Shown: positions 9,693-18,898 of the stretch, piece by piece
How the letters are laid out: each line of letters opens with the position of its first letter
How positions within the stretch are numbered: position 1 is the stretch's first letter
Assembly: GCA_037127735.1 (NCBI GenBank)
Contig: JBAXXU010000002.1
Location: 18,406 to 82,405, forward strand
DNA length: 64,000 nt
Direction: 5' to 3'
DNA from: Bacteroidota bacterium
GTDB lineage: Bacteria; Bacteroidota; Bacteroidia; Bacteroidales; VadinHA17
Notes under the pieces: model-generated
Databases searched by the model: none
The model's input: only the letters and a program-made list of their open reading frames with translations
Told to the model about the DNA's origin: nothing
Program-made: the position numbers and the translations under genes

Positions 9693-10652
9693 TTATATTG
9701 TTTTTATTAATGGATGATAGTCTCCCTGAAGTCCGACAGGTTTTGAATTTCTGATTGTGTATGCAATATCTACTGACCGGCGCACTTCTTTAAGTCCGAA
9801 TCCCCTTCCTGCAAGTATCTCTTTGTATGTAGTTGTATGCAGGTCGGCAAATCCTTCGCTGAATTCGATCTCTTCTCCTTCAATAATTATTGACCTGAAT
9901 GTTCTCTGACCCGTTTTTTTAACTGAATCCGGGATATCATTATAATCGAGGCTGAGGAACCATCTGACCCTGGCATTCTCAAGTTCGAGATATCCGGCAG
10001 CCTTATCGGGTTCGGAGAGATGAACAATATTTTTCTTTGTTTCACCAAAAATCCAGCCCAGCATATCGAAAAAATGAATGCCTATGTTAGTAGCCACTCC
10101 ACCCGATTTCTGGATATCGCCTTTCCATGATATTGAATACCAGTTTCCACGGGCGGTGATGTACGACAAATCAACATCATATATCTTTCCTTTGGCTCCA
10201 TTCCGGATTTTCTCCCGTAGTTCAATTATCTTAGGATGAAGACGAAGCTGAAGAACAGTATTGATTTTATAGCCGGTCTCATTCTCAATCTCCTGCAACG
10301 CTTCAACATTCCATGGGTTAAGCACTATGGGTTTTTCGCAAATTGCTTCAGCCTGATGACGCAGGGCAAACCTGATATGAGAATCGTGAAGATAATTCGG
10401 CGAGCAGATACTTACATAATCAATCTTTGTTCCTGTTCGTTTCAGTTTGTCAAAATGTCTGTCGAAGCGTTCAAACTCAACAAAAAAATCACTTTTAGGA
10501 AAAAAGCCGTCAATACGACCAACACTGTCAAACCTGTCGAGGCTGGCAAGGAGGTTGTTCCCTGTTTCCTTAATGGCATTCAGATGCTTAACGGCAATAT
10601 ATCCGGCAACACCTATAATCCCGAAATTTTTTGGGCTCTCTGTCATCATCAA
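9693..10652 (-). CDS. wbpB: WbpB-like UDP-GlcNAcA 3-dehydrogenase (Gfo/Idh/MocA family)
   Basis: NFGIIGVAGYIA..HL.AIK.TG, FFVEFERFDRH, ICSPNYLHDSHI, CEKP and SGGVATNIGIHFFD closely resemble WbpB. Confidence 0.85.
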   Translation of the reverse strand: MMMTESPKNFGIIGVAGYIAVKHLNAIKETGNNLLASLDRFDSVGRIDGFFPKSDFFVEFERFDRHFDKLKRTGTKIDYVSICSPNYLHDSHIRFALRHQAEAICEKPIVLNPWNVEALQEIENETGYKINTVLQLRLHPKIIELREKIRNGAKGKIYDVDLSYITARGNWYSISWKGDIQKSGGVATNIGIHFFDMLGWIFGETKKNIVHLSEPDKAAGYLELENARVRWFLSLDYNDIPDSVKKTGQRTFRSIIIEGEEIEFSEGFADLHTTTYKEILAGRGFGLKEVRRSVDIAYTIRNSKPVGLQGDYHPLIKTI

Positions 10653-10672
10653 ATATTTACAGCGGGATAAAA

Positions 10673-11254
10673 CTACAAAATTATTTTAAAAACTTTACCA
10701 TCTTCAAGCTTGTATCTCTCTCTGCTTTCAGGACAGATAGCTACGCCATGGTTATCAAAAAGCAGTTTATGCCCATATTCACTCATCCATCCGGTTTGCC
10801 TGGCTGGATTTCCGACAACAAGGGAATATGGTTTTACATCTTTAGTAACAACAGCGCCGGCCCCTATAAATGAAAAGGTTCCGATATTATTTCCACATAC
10901 AATTGTAGAATTTGCACCAATGGAAGCTCCTTTTTCCACGGTGGTTTTGTAGTAGCTGTCCTTGCGGATTATTGCACTTCGCGGATTAATGACATTGGTA
11001 AAGACCATTGATGGCCCAAGGAATACGTCATCTTCACAAGTGACTCCTGTATAAATAGATACATTATTCTGGACTTTAACATTTCTCCCGAGTTTCACCC
11101 CGGGTAAGATGACAACATTCTGACCGATATTGCAGTTTTCCCCGATTTCCGAACCTGACATGATATGACTGAAATGCCAGATTTTTGTTCCTTTTCCAAT
11201 TTTACAGCCATCATCTACAACAGCAGTTTCGTGAGCAAAATACTCTTTCTCCAT
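10673..11254 (-). CDS. wbpD: WbpD-like N-acetyltransferase (hexapeptide repeat)
   Basis: [50 protein letters not shown] and C-terminal CPES. Confidence 0.87.
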   Translation of the reverse strand: MEKEYFAHETAVVDDGCKIGKGTKIWHFSHIMSGSEIGENCNIGQNVVILPGVKLGRNVKVQNNVSIYTGVTCEDDVFLGPSMVFTNVINPRSAIIRKDSYYKTTVEKGASIGANSTIVCGNNIGTFSFIGAGAVVTKDVKPYSLVVGNPARQTGWMSEYGHKLLFDNHGVAICPESRERYKLEDGKVFKIIL

Positions 11255-11259
11255 ATTGG

Positions 11260-12390
11260 TTATTTATCGAAGAAATTTAAGACATTAAGTATAATATAAT
11301 CAAGTTGTTCCTGTTCCATTTCAGGATGAATGGGCAAAGAAAGAACCTCTTTGCACAGAGCTGTTGTAACCTGGAATTCATTATCCCTGTATCCAAGGTA
11401 TTTGTAAGCTTCCTGAATATGAAGCGGGCCAGGGTAATAGATCATTGAAGGTATTTTTTTCGATTCGAGGAACTTTTTCAATTCATCTCTTTTACCGTTT
11501 TTTACCCTGATAGTATATTGATGAAATATGTGAGAAGAATAACTGACTCTTTCCGGAATAGTTATTGAATGGCATCCGGTAAATGCTTCATCATATTGAT
11601 CAGCAACTGCTCTTCTTGCTGCATTGAATTGAGAAAGATACTTTAGTTTTACCCTGAGGATAGCTGCCTGAATTGTATCCAGCCTTGAATTGATACCGAT
11701 ATTATCATGATGATACCTGATTTTCATACCGTGGTTGGCAATGCTTCGGATCTTTTCTGCAAGAGAATCATCATTGGTATAAAGCGCCCCGCCATCGCCA
11801 TAACATCCCAGGTTCTTAGATGGGAAAAAGGAAGTTGTACCGACATGTCCGATGGTTCCTGCCTTCCTGGTAGTACCATCGCGAAAGATATAATCAGCCC
11901 CGGTTGCCTGAGCGGCATCCTCAATAACAAAAAGATTATGTTTTTTTGCAAGTTGCATAATGCTCTCCATGTCGGCACACTGGCCAAAAAGATGGACAGG
12001 AACAATTGCTTTTGTTTTTGGGGTAATCGCTTTTCGTATCTCTTCAACGGAAATGTTGAAACTTCCCGCTTCGGGGTCAACAATTACCGGCTTACACCCA
12101 AGCAGCGCTACAACCTCAACTGTTGCAATAAATGTGAAATTTGGAGTAATAACCTTATCTCCGGGTTTCAACCCGAGGGCCATTATGGCAAGCTGAAGGG
12201 CATCTGTCCCATTCGCGCAGGAAACCACATGTTTTACCCCCATATATGTTTGCAAATCTTCCTCAAATAACATAACATCAGGGCCTTTAATGAAGGCTGC
12301 TGATTCAAGGACGAATCTAATAGCGGGATCTATTTCTGACCCATACTTCGCGTATTGTGCTTTCAGGTCAACCATCCGGATCTCTCTCAT
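11260..12390 (-). CDS. WbpE/PorR-like DegT/DnrJ/EryC1/StrS aminotransferase
   Basis: [43 protein letters not shown] and [10 protein letters not shown]. Likely start MREIRM at 12390; the ORF track start is 12435. Confidence 0.9.
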   Translation of the reverse strand: MREIRMVDLKAQYAKYGSEIDPAIRFVLESAAFIKGPDVMLFEEDLQTYMGVKHVVSCANGTDALQLAIMALGLKPGDKVITPNFTFIATVEVVALLGCKPVIVDPEAGSFNISVEEIRKAITPKTKAIVPVHLFGQCADMESIMQLAKKHNLFVIEDAAQATGADYIFRDGTTRKAGTIGHVGTTSFFPSKNLGCYGDGGALYTNDDSLAEKIRSIANHGMKIRYHHDNIGINSRLDTIQAAILRVKLKYLSQFNAARRAVADQYDEAFTGCHSITIPERVSYSSHIFHQYTIRVKNGKRDELKKFLESKKIPSMIYYPGPLHIQEAYKYLGYRDNEFQVTTALCKEVLSLPIHPEMEQEQLDYIILNVLNFFDK

Positions 12391-12477
12391 AAGGAGTTTA
12401 CTTTTGGAAATACGAAGATAATATTTTTTTGGCAAGACTATTTTTCTTATTTTTGTAATTATTACAACAAAGACATT

Positions 12478-13440
12478 TTGGATATTACAGCTTTCATACG
12501 GGAATTATTATTCGGGCACGATTGTGTTATTGTCCCGGGTTTTGGTGGTTTCATCGGGAACTATACTCCGGCGCGTATTGACAAGAATTCCGGTACGTTT
12601 TATCCTCCTGTTAAGCAGATATCATTCAACAGGAACCTGAATCACAATGATGGTCTTCTTGTCGGGAAGATTTCGGGATCTTCGAACATCAACTATGGCG
12701 ATACAAGGAATTTGGTTGAAGAGTTTGTTAGTGAGCTTCGCGAAAAACTGGGGAAAGGCGAAAAAATTGTTTTCGATAATATTGGAAGTTTTGTCAATAA
12801 TCAGGAAGGCAATATTCAGTTTGAACCTGACAGAAGTGCGAACTATCATCTGGATTCTTACGGGCTGGAGTCTTTTCAATGTTTGCCTCTTGAAGGATAT
12901 GATGTTAGAAAAAGAATCCTCCGGCATGACGGGAAAGATCCTGTAAAACAGGCTTCGATGAAAAAAAATCTTTGGAGGGCAGCTGTAATCGTTCCTCTTC
13001 TTTCCCTTATTGTTGCAGGTTCCCTGAAAACTGACCTTTTTAAAACGAAGATAGAATCAACAACTTTGAACCCGCTCGCCACGTATGAGTTTGAGAACAA
13101 TAAACAGGCTGTGGATGGAGGTCTTAAAGATGAGTCAACGAAGATTGAAGAGAATATAAATCCAATATCTGAAAAGTCAGCCTCACTATCTGTTGTTATA
13201 CCTGTCGAAGTTGAAGGGAAGGCCTATTTTCTTATTACCGGCAGTTTCAAATCAGAAGAAAATGCAGTTTCACAGGTAAATATCCTGAAATCAGAAGGCT
13301 TTACTCCTGAAATTGTAACTGCTCCAAATGGTTTTTACAGGGTAAGTGCAATGATGTGTAAAGATATGAATACTGCTTTAAACATGAAAGACAGCATCGC
13401 TACAAGATTTCCCGGAACCTGGATTTCAAGAAAGAGATAA
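12478..13440 (+). CDS. HU-CCDC81-like N-terminal domain plus C-terminal SPOR domain protein
   Basis: HDCVIVPGFGGF and FNRNLNHNDGLL, a single TM segment, and C-terminal ITGSFKSEENA...YRVS. Likely TTG start at 12478 after TATTTTTG at 12448-12455. Confidence 0.8.
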   Translation: MDITAFIRELLFGHDCVIVPGFGGFIGNYTPARIDKNSGTFYPPVKQISFNRNLNHNDGLLVGKISGSSNINYGDTRNLVEEFVSELREKLGKGEKIVFDNIGSFVNNQEGNIQFEPDRSANYHLDSYGLESFQCLPLEGYDVRKRILRHDGKDPVKQASMKKNLWRAAVIVPLLSLIVAGSLKTDLFKTKIESTTLNPLATYEFENNKQAVDGGLKDESTKIEENINPISEKSASLSVVIPVEVEGKAYFLITGSFKSEENAVSQVNILKSEGFTPEIVTAPNGFYRVSAMMCKDMNTALNMKDSIATRFPGTWISRKR

Positions 13441-13442
13441 TA

Positions 13443-15476
13443 TTATTTTATCATGCTTCCGTTACTCACTTTATCAAAAGGAGTAACCATCACTAACTTC
13501 CCATCTTTGTCCTCAGCCATAAGTATCATCCCTTTTGACTCAATACCTTTTATCTTCCGTGGTTCAAGATTGGCAACAATTGATATCTGTTTGCCGATTA
13601 TAGATTCCGGTGCATAGTATTCTGCAATACCTGATACTATGGTTCGGATATCGAGACCTGTGTCTATTTTGAGTTTAAGCAGTTTGGTGGTTTTTGGAAC
13701 TTTTTCGGCTTCAAGAATTGTAGCTGTTCTGATATCTATTTTTGTGAAATCATCAAAAGTTATGGTATCTTTTCCGGGAGCTGTTTTTGCTGCTGCCTTT
13801 TCATTGGCTCTTTTTGTTGTAAGAAGTTTGTCTATCTGCCTGATTATCTCTTCATCTTCAATCTTTTCAAAAAGTAATCCTGGTTTATTGATAACATGTC
13901 CCGGAGCCAGCAGGCCTGTTTTTCCTGCTTCGCTCCATTTTAACTCGTTGAAATTGATCCAACCGCGCAATTTCTTCATTGAGAAAGGCAGAAAAGGTTC
14001 ACAAATAATTGTCAGGTTGGCGGTTATCTGGAGGGCAATATTCATTATAGTTTTTACCCTTTCAGTATTAGTCTTTACAACCCTCCAGGGTTCAGCATCG
14101 GCAAGATATTTATTGCCAAGTCGCGCAAGATTCATTGCCTCTTTGAGGGCTTCACGGAACCTGAATGATTCAAGGCTGGTCTCCACATTTTCCTTTATCC
14201 GGTCAATTTCTTTCAAAACAGAATCATCATTTGAATCTGTTTTTCCTCTTTCAGGGACTATTCCATCGTAATAATTGTTGGTAAGCACGAGGGTCCGGTT
14301 AACAAAGTTCCCGAGAATAGCAACCAGTTCATTGTTATTTCGTGCCTGAAAATCTTTCCATGTGAAGTCGTTATCTTTTGTCTCAGGAGCGCTGGCACAA
14401 AGGGAATATCTTAATACATCCTGTTTTCCGGGAAAATCTTCAAGATATTCGTGAAGCCATACTGCCCAGTTTCTTGAAGTTGATATCTTGTCGTTTTCGA
14501 GATTAAGGAATTCGTTGGCAGGAACATTTTCAGGAAGAATATAACTTCCCTCAGCTTTTAGCATTGCCGGGAATATTATGCAATGGAATACAATATTATC
14601 TTTCCCTATGAAGTGGATCATCTTGGTCTCTTTATCCTTCCAATATTTTTCCCAGTCGGGTGTAAGTTCTTTTGTAGCAGAGATATAACCTATCGGAGCA
14701 TCGAACCACACGTAGAGAACTTTTCCATCTGCGCCCTCAACAGGCACAGGTACTCCCCAGTCGAGATCGCGGCTTACTGCCCGTGGCTGCAAACCCTGGT
14801 CGAGCCATGATTTGCACTGTCCATATACATTTGCCTTCCACTCCTTATGATCATCGAGGATCCATTTTTTGAGCCAGGGTTCGTATTTGTCGAGCGGGAG
14901 ATACCAATGCAGTGTATCGCGTAGTATCGGCTTGCTGCCACTGACAGTTGAGTGTGGATTAATGAGTTCATTGGGGCTGAGCGAAGTACCACATTTTTCA
15001 CACTGGTCGCCATAGGCATTCTCATTGCCGCAATGTGGGCAGGTGCCAGTAATGTACCTGTCGGCCAGGAAACAACCGGCTTCTTCATCATAATACTGTT
15101 CAGAAGATTTTTCAGTGAATTCTCCTTTGTCATAAAGAGTCTTGAAAAAGCCGGATGCAGTTTCGTAATGAATTTTATTTGAAGTGCGTGAATAGATATC
15201 GAAAGCAATTCCAAAATCTTCAAAGGCTTTTTTATTTATTGAGTGATATCTGTCAACGATCTCCTGTGGTGTAACACCTTCTTTGCGGGCCTTAAGTGTG
15301 ATGGGAACACCATGTTCGTCCGATCCGCATACCGATATCACGTCAACACCCTTCATTCTCAGGTACCTGGTATAAATATCTGAAGGAACATAAACCCCTG
15401 CAAGATGGCCGATATGTATTGGTCCGTTGGCATAGGGAAGAGCAGAAGTGACAAGATATCGTTTGAAATTCTTCAT
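13443..15476 (-). CDS. metG: Methionine--tRNA ligase
   Basis: [13 protein letters not shown], zinc knuckle CPHC...CEKC, YVWFDA, FIGKDNI, KISTS and a C-terminal tRNA-binding domain. Confidence 0.98.
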   Translation of the reverse strand: MKNFKRYLVTSALPYANGPIHIGHLAGVYVPSDIYTRYLRMKGVDVISVCGSDEHGVPITLKARKEGVTPQEIVDRYHSINKKAFEDFGIAFDIYSRTSNKIHYETASGFFKTLYDKGEFTEKSSEQYYDEEAGCFLADRYITGTCPHCGNENAYGDQCEKCGTSLSPNELINPHSTVSGSKPILRDTLHWYLPLDKYEPWLKKWILDDHKEWKANVYGQCKSWLDQGLQPRAVSRDLDWGVPVPVEGADGKVLYVWFDAPIGYISATKELTPDWEKYWKDKETKMIHFIGKDNIVFHCIIFPAMLKAEGSYILPENVPANEFLNLENDKISTSRNWAVWLHEYLEDFPGKQDVLRYSLCASAPETKDNDFTWKDFQARNNNELVAILGNFVNRTLVLTNNYYDGIVPERGKTDSNDDSVLKEIDRIKENVETSLESFRFREALKEAMNLARLGNKYLADAEPWRVVKTNTERVKTIMNIALQITANLTIICEPFLPFSMKKLRGWINFNELKWSEAGKTGLLAPGHVINKPGLLFEKIEDEEIIRQIDKLLTTKRANEKAAAKTAPGKDTITFDDFTKIDIRTATILEAEKVPKTTKLLKLKIDTGLDIRTIVSGIAEYYAPESIIGKQISIVANLEPRKIKGIESKGMILMAEDKDGKLVMVTPFDKVSNGSMIK

Positions 15477-15515
15477 GATTCTGATAATGATGTGTTAGCA
15501 ATTTGTAAAATTGAA

Positions 15516-15523
15516 CAAAGATA
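15516..15523 (-). promoter_or_regulatory. -7 element TATCTTTG for metG
   Basis: CAAAGATA on the + strand, about 40 nt upstream of the metG ATG. Confidence 0.55.
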
Positions 15524-15624
15524 ATAAATTAAAAGACTTTGTGATCCTTAACACCTTGTGTATTAGTGGCCTTTTTTCTGAAAACGGGTATTGAAAGCGC
15601 GTGTGGGTAAATATGCCCTGAAGT

Positions 15625-16848
15625 TCAAAACGCTGAGATAAGCAAATCGAGGTCTTTTGATATTATTCCGAACTTCTGTCCCAATGTTTCATTTGTCAGC
15701 ATACCGTTATATAGATATGCTCCGTTGCGCAACCCCTGATCGTATTTCAGTAATTGGGTAATTCCACCTGCATCAGCCATACTCTGAAGCAAAGGAGTGA
15801 AAATATTACTGAGCGCTATTGATGCTGTACGGGCAACGCGCGATGGAAGATTCCATGCTGAAAAATGTATTACGCCATGTTTCTCATAAACAGGATCGCA
15901 CAGGGCGCGACATTCAGTTGTTTCGATGCAGCCGCCGCGGTCAATGCTCAGGTCGATAACCACAGCCCCCTTTTTCATATTACGTATCATGTCTTCTGTT
16001 ATGTAATACCATGGTTTCAGATCTTCAAGCTCAATAGCGCCAATAAGCACATCGGCCGATTTAAGAGCTTTTCTTAAAACCTGGGGATGGAATACAGATG
16101 TCTGGAGCCGTTGTCCGAGCAGATTCTGAAATCTTCTTAACCTGTGGAGCGAATTATCGAATATTTTAACGGTGGATCCGAGCCCGATAGCTGCTCTGGC
16201 AGCATATTCCCCTGCAGTATTTGCACCTATTATAACGACCTCTGTCGGAGTAACACCGGTAATTCCGCCAAGCATCACTCCTTTGCCGCCATGCAGATTG
16301 CTTAGATATTCTGAAGCAATAAGCAGAGATGTTATACCGGATATCTCGCTCATTGATTCCACTACCGGCATAACCCCGTTGTTGTCGCGGATCTTTTCAA
16401 ATGCTATTGCAGTTACTTTTTTTCTGATCAGCTTCCCAAGTGTTTCTTCATTAAGCTTTAGGATATTAAGGTAGGAGAACACTACCTGATTGCCTTTAAG
16501 ATATTCGGTTTCTTCTTCTGAAAAGGGGGCAACCTTAATTACTGCATCGGCGCTATAAACCCTTGCAGGAGAATCGGTTATTAATGCTCCGTTCTCACTG
16601 TAATCCTTATCAGTGTAATTGGCCCCGAGCCCGGCGCCTTTCTGAACAATAACCTCATTGTTGCTTTCAACAAGCAGATTGATTGCCTCAGGAGTCAGAG
16701 CCACCCTCTTCTCATCATCTTTATTGTCACTGGGTATTCCGATCGAAATCCTCCGGTTCTTAACAGCAGTTTCGAGGAGTTCTTCTTTTGGCATGAAAGC
16801 TGTATTTCCAAAACTTACTTTTCCGCTATTACTTTTGTCGTTCATCAT
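15625..16848 (-). CDS. Alanine dehydrogenase/PNT-domain-I family protein with a degenerate AlaDH active site
   Basis: EKRVALTP, MSEISG, GVMLGG, IIGANTAG, IDLSIDRGGCIET and NLPSRVARTAS. KVKEP reads KVAPF and TYLH reads SYLN. Confidence 0.8.
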   Translation of the reverse strand: MMNDKSNSGKVSFGNTAFMPKEELLETAVKNRRISIGIPSDNKDDEKRVALTPEAINLLVESNNEVIVQKGAGLGANYTDKDYSENGALITDSPARVYSADAVIKVAPFSEEETEYLKGNQVVFSYLNILKLNEETLGKLIRKKVTAIAFEKIRDNNGVMPVVESMSEISGITSLLIASEYLSNLHGGKGVMLGGITGVTPTEVVIIGANTAGEYAARAAIGLGSTVKIFDNSLHRLRRFQNLLGQRLQTSVFHPQVLRKALKSADVLIGAIELEDLKPWYYITEDMIRNMKKGAVVIDLSIDRGGCIETTECRALCDPVYEKHGVIHFSAWNLPSRVARTASIALSNIFTPLLQSMADAGGITQLLKYDQGLRNGAYLYNGMLTNETLGQKFGIISKDLDLLISAF

Positions 16849-16906
16849 CAGGAGGAGGATATTTCTTCAAAGGTAAAAAAATTGCGGTACTGCACAAAAT
16901 CAGATA

Positions 16907-17323
16907 TTATTTTGATATTAAAAGGGTACGCTGTTCATCGTCATCAACTGTAATTGTGACTTTCACGGTTCCGGGAGGTAGAATTTCTTCAACAAGCTCA
17001 GGCCACTCCATAAAACAGAACGTATCGCCGGTAAGGTACTCCTCAACCCCAAAGTCAAACACCTCTTCTTTTTTCTTTATTCTGAAGAAATCGATATGAT
17101 AAATTGATTCTTCTTTGGAAGTACGGTATTCATTTACAAGAGTGAAAGTAGGACTACTGATAATATCTATGGCGCCCAATACTTTGCAGATAGCTTTAAT
17201 GATTGTTGTTTTGCCGGCACCCATTGACCCGTAAAAGGCAAATATTTTATTCTCTCCGGTATATTTCAGAAGTTTTTTTGCTGCAGCAAACAAATGCCTT
17301 TTATCCTTTATTAAGATCTTCAT
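16907..17323 (-). CDS. tsaE: tRNA threonylcarbamoyladenosine biosynthesis ATPase
   Basis: GSMGAGKTT, SSPTFTLVNEY, YHIDFFR and MEWP. Confidence 0.97.
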   Translation of the reverse strand: MKILIKDKRHLFAAAKKLLKYTGENKIFAFYGSMGAGKTTIIKAICKVLGAIDIISSPTFTLVNEYRTSKEESIYHIDFFRIKKKEEVFDFGVEEYLTGDTFCFMEWPELVEEILPPGTVKVTITVDDDEQRTLLISK

Positions 17324-17344
17324 CGGGATAAAAAAACTACTATT

Positions 17345-18898
17345 TCACACGGGTTCAAGACAGGCAACCGGTAACATTATTTCCTGCATTGAAATTCCTC
17401 CATGCTGGAATGTATCTTTGTAATAACCTGCATAATAGTTATAATTATTCTGATAAACAAGGTAGTCTTTGTTGAGAGCAAAAATATATCTCGAGCTGAT
17501 ATTTGATTTAGGGAGCATCGCTTTTTCAGGATTTATCAGTTCGAACACTTTTTTTGGATCGTAATTGAGATTCCTGCCCATTTTATACCTGAGGTTGGAG
17601 GAGGTATTCCTGTCGCCTATTATTTTAATCGGATTCTGTACTCTGATGGTACCATGGTCGGTGCTGAAAATTACTTTAACAGAATGTGATGCAAGGGTTT
17701 TCAGCAATTCGAACAGGGATGAATGTATAAACCATGAGCGGGTCAGGCTTCTGTAGGCAGGCTCATCGCTTGCAAGATCGCGGATCACACCTACCTCGGT
17801 TCTGGCGTGAGAAAGCATATCAACAAAATTAAAGACAAGAATGTTTATATCATTTTCAAGCATCGATCTTACCTTCTCATTCACCTTTTTACCTTGCTGA
17901 CCGCTGCTGATTTTATTATACGACCACTTATATTTCAGCCCTTTACGGTTTAATTGGTTTCTAAATAACTCTTCTTCAAAATTATTTTTACCTTCATCTT
18001 CATCATCATTTACCCAGAACTCGGGCATGGTTTCTGCAATTTTGGATGGCATCAATCCTGCAAAAATTGAGTTCCGGCTGAATTGTGTTGCAGTAGGCAA
18101 AATACTGAAATAAATGTCTTCCTCGATGACCCTGTACATTCCGGATAGTTCAGCAGAAATAGTCTTCCATTGATCATACCTCATATTATCAATAAGTATA
18201 AAAAACAGAGGTTTATGTTCATGAATCTGAGGGAATATTTTATTCTGAAAAAGGGCAGGCGATAGCAATGGCTTATTAGTACTTTCAGGCATAAGCCATC
18301 CGGAATAATTGTTAATCATAAATTTGGAGAACGAATTATTAGCTTCGTTCTCCTGCATTTTCAGGATTTCAGACATTCCCGGGTCGGACGATTTTTCAAG
18401 TTCTGATTCCCAGAATACTAACTTTTTATAGAGCTCTGTCCAGTCGGTAAATGTTGAGGCTCTTGATATCATGTCGCTGATCCGGCTAAATTCCATCCTG
18501 TAGTCGGTTGTTGTTTTTTCCGTTACCAGTCGTCGCTGGTCGAGTATTTTTTTTATTGCAAGCAGTACCTGTTTTGGCTTCACGGGTTTAATCAGATAAT
18601 CAGCTATCTCCGATCCGATTGCAGCCTCCATTAACTCTTCTTCATCACTCTTGGTGACCATTACTACAGGGATATCAGCCCTTACTTGTTTAATAAGCCT
18701 GAGAGTCTCAATCCCACTTAGCCCCGGCATATTTTCATCGAGAAAGATAAGATCATATCCATTATGTCTGACAAGGTCAATTGTATCATTACCATTTGAG
18801 CAGGTATCTATCTCATAACCTTTTTCTTTAAGAAAAAAGATGTGCGGTGTCAAAGCCTCTATCTCATCATCTGTCCAAAGGATTCTTATTTTTCTCAT
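17345..18898 (-). CDS. porX: PorX response regulator (receiver + PglZ domain)
   Basis: ILWTDDE, FLDENMPG, IDNMRYDQW, SILPTATQFSRN, STDHG and FQHGGIS. 517 aa. Confidence 0.93.
   Translation of the reverse strand: MRKIRILWTDDEIEALTPHIFFLKEKGYEIDTCSNGNDTIDLVRHNGYDLIFLDENMPGLSGIETLRLIKQVRADIPVVMVTKSDEEELMEAAIGSEIADYLIKPVKPKQVLLAIKKILDQRRLVTEKTTTDYRMEFSRISDMISRASTFTDWTELYKKLVFWESELEKSSDPGMSEILKMQENEANNSFSKFMINNYSGWLMPESTNKPLLSPALFQNKIFPQIHEHKPLFFILIDNMRYDQWKTISAELSGMYRVIEEDIYFSILPTATQFSRNSIFAGLMPSKIAETMPEFWVNDDEDEGKNNFEEELFRNQLNRKGLKYKWSYNKISSGQQGKKVNEKVRSMLENDINILVFNFVDMLSHARTEVGVIRDLASDEPAYRSLTRSWFIHSSLFELLKTLASHSVKVIFSTDHGTIRVQNPIKIIGDRNTSSNLRYKMGRNLNYDPKKVFELINPEKAMLPKSNISSRYIFALNKDYLVYQNNYNYYAGYYKDTFQHGGISMQEIMLPVACLEPV

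Noticed and set aside
13639-14271. 210-aa plus-strand ORF, and similar long antisense ORFs such as 6980-7618, 47497-48129 and 59041-59619
   Set aside because: They lie antisense to well-supported genes and have no motifs or plausible composition, so they are shadow ORFs.
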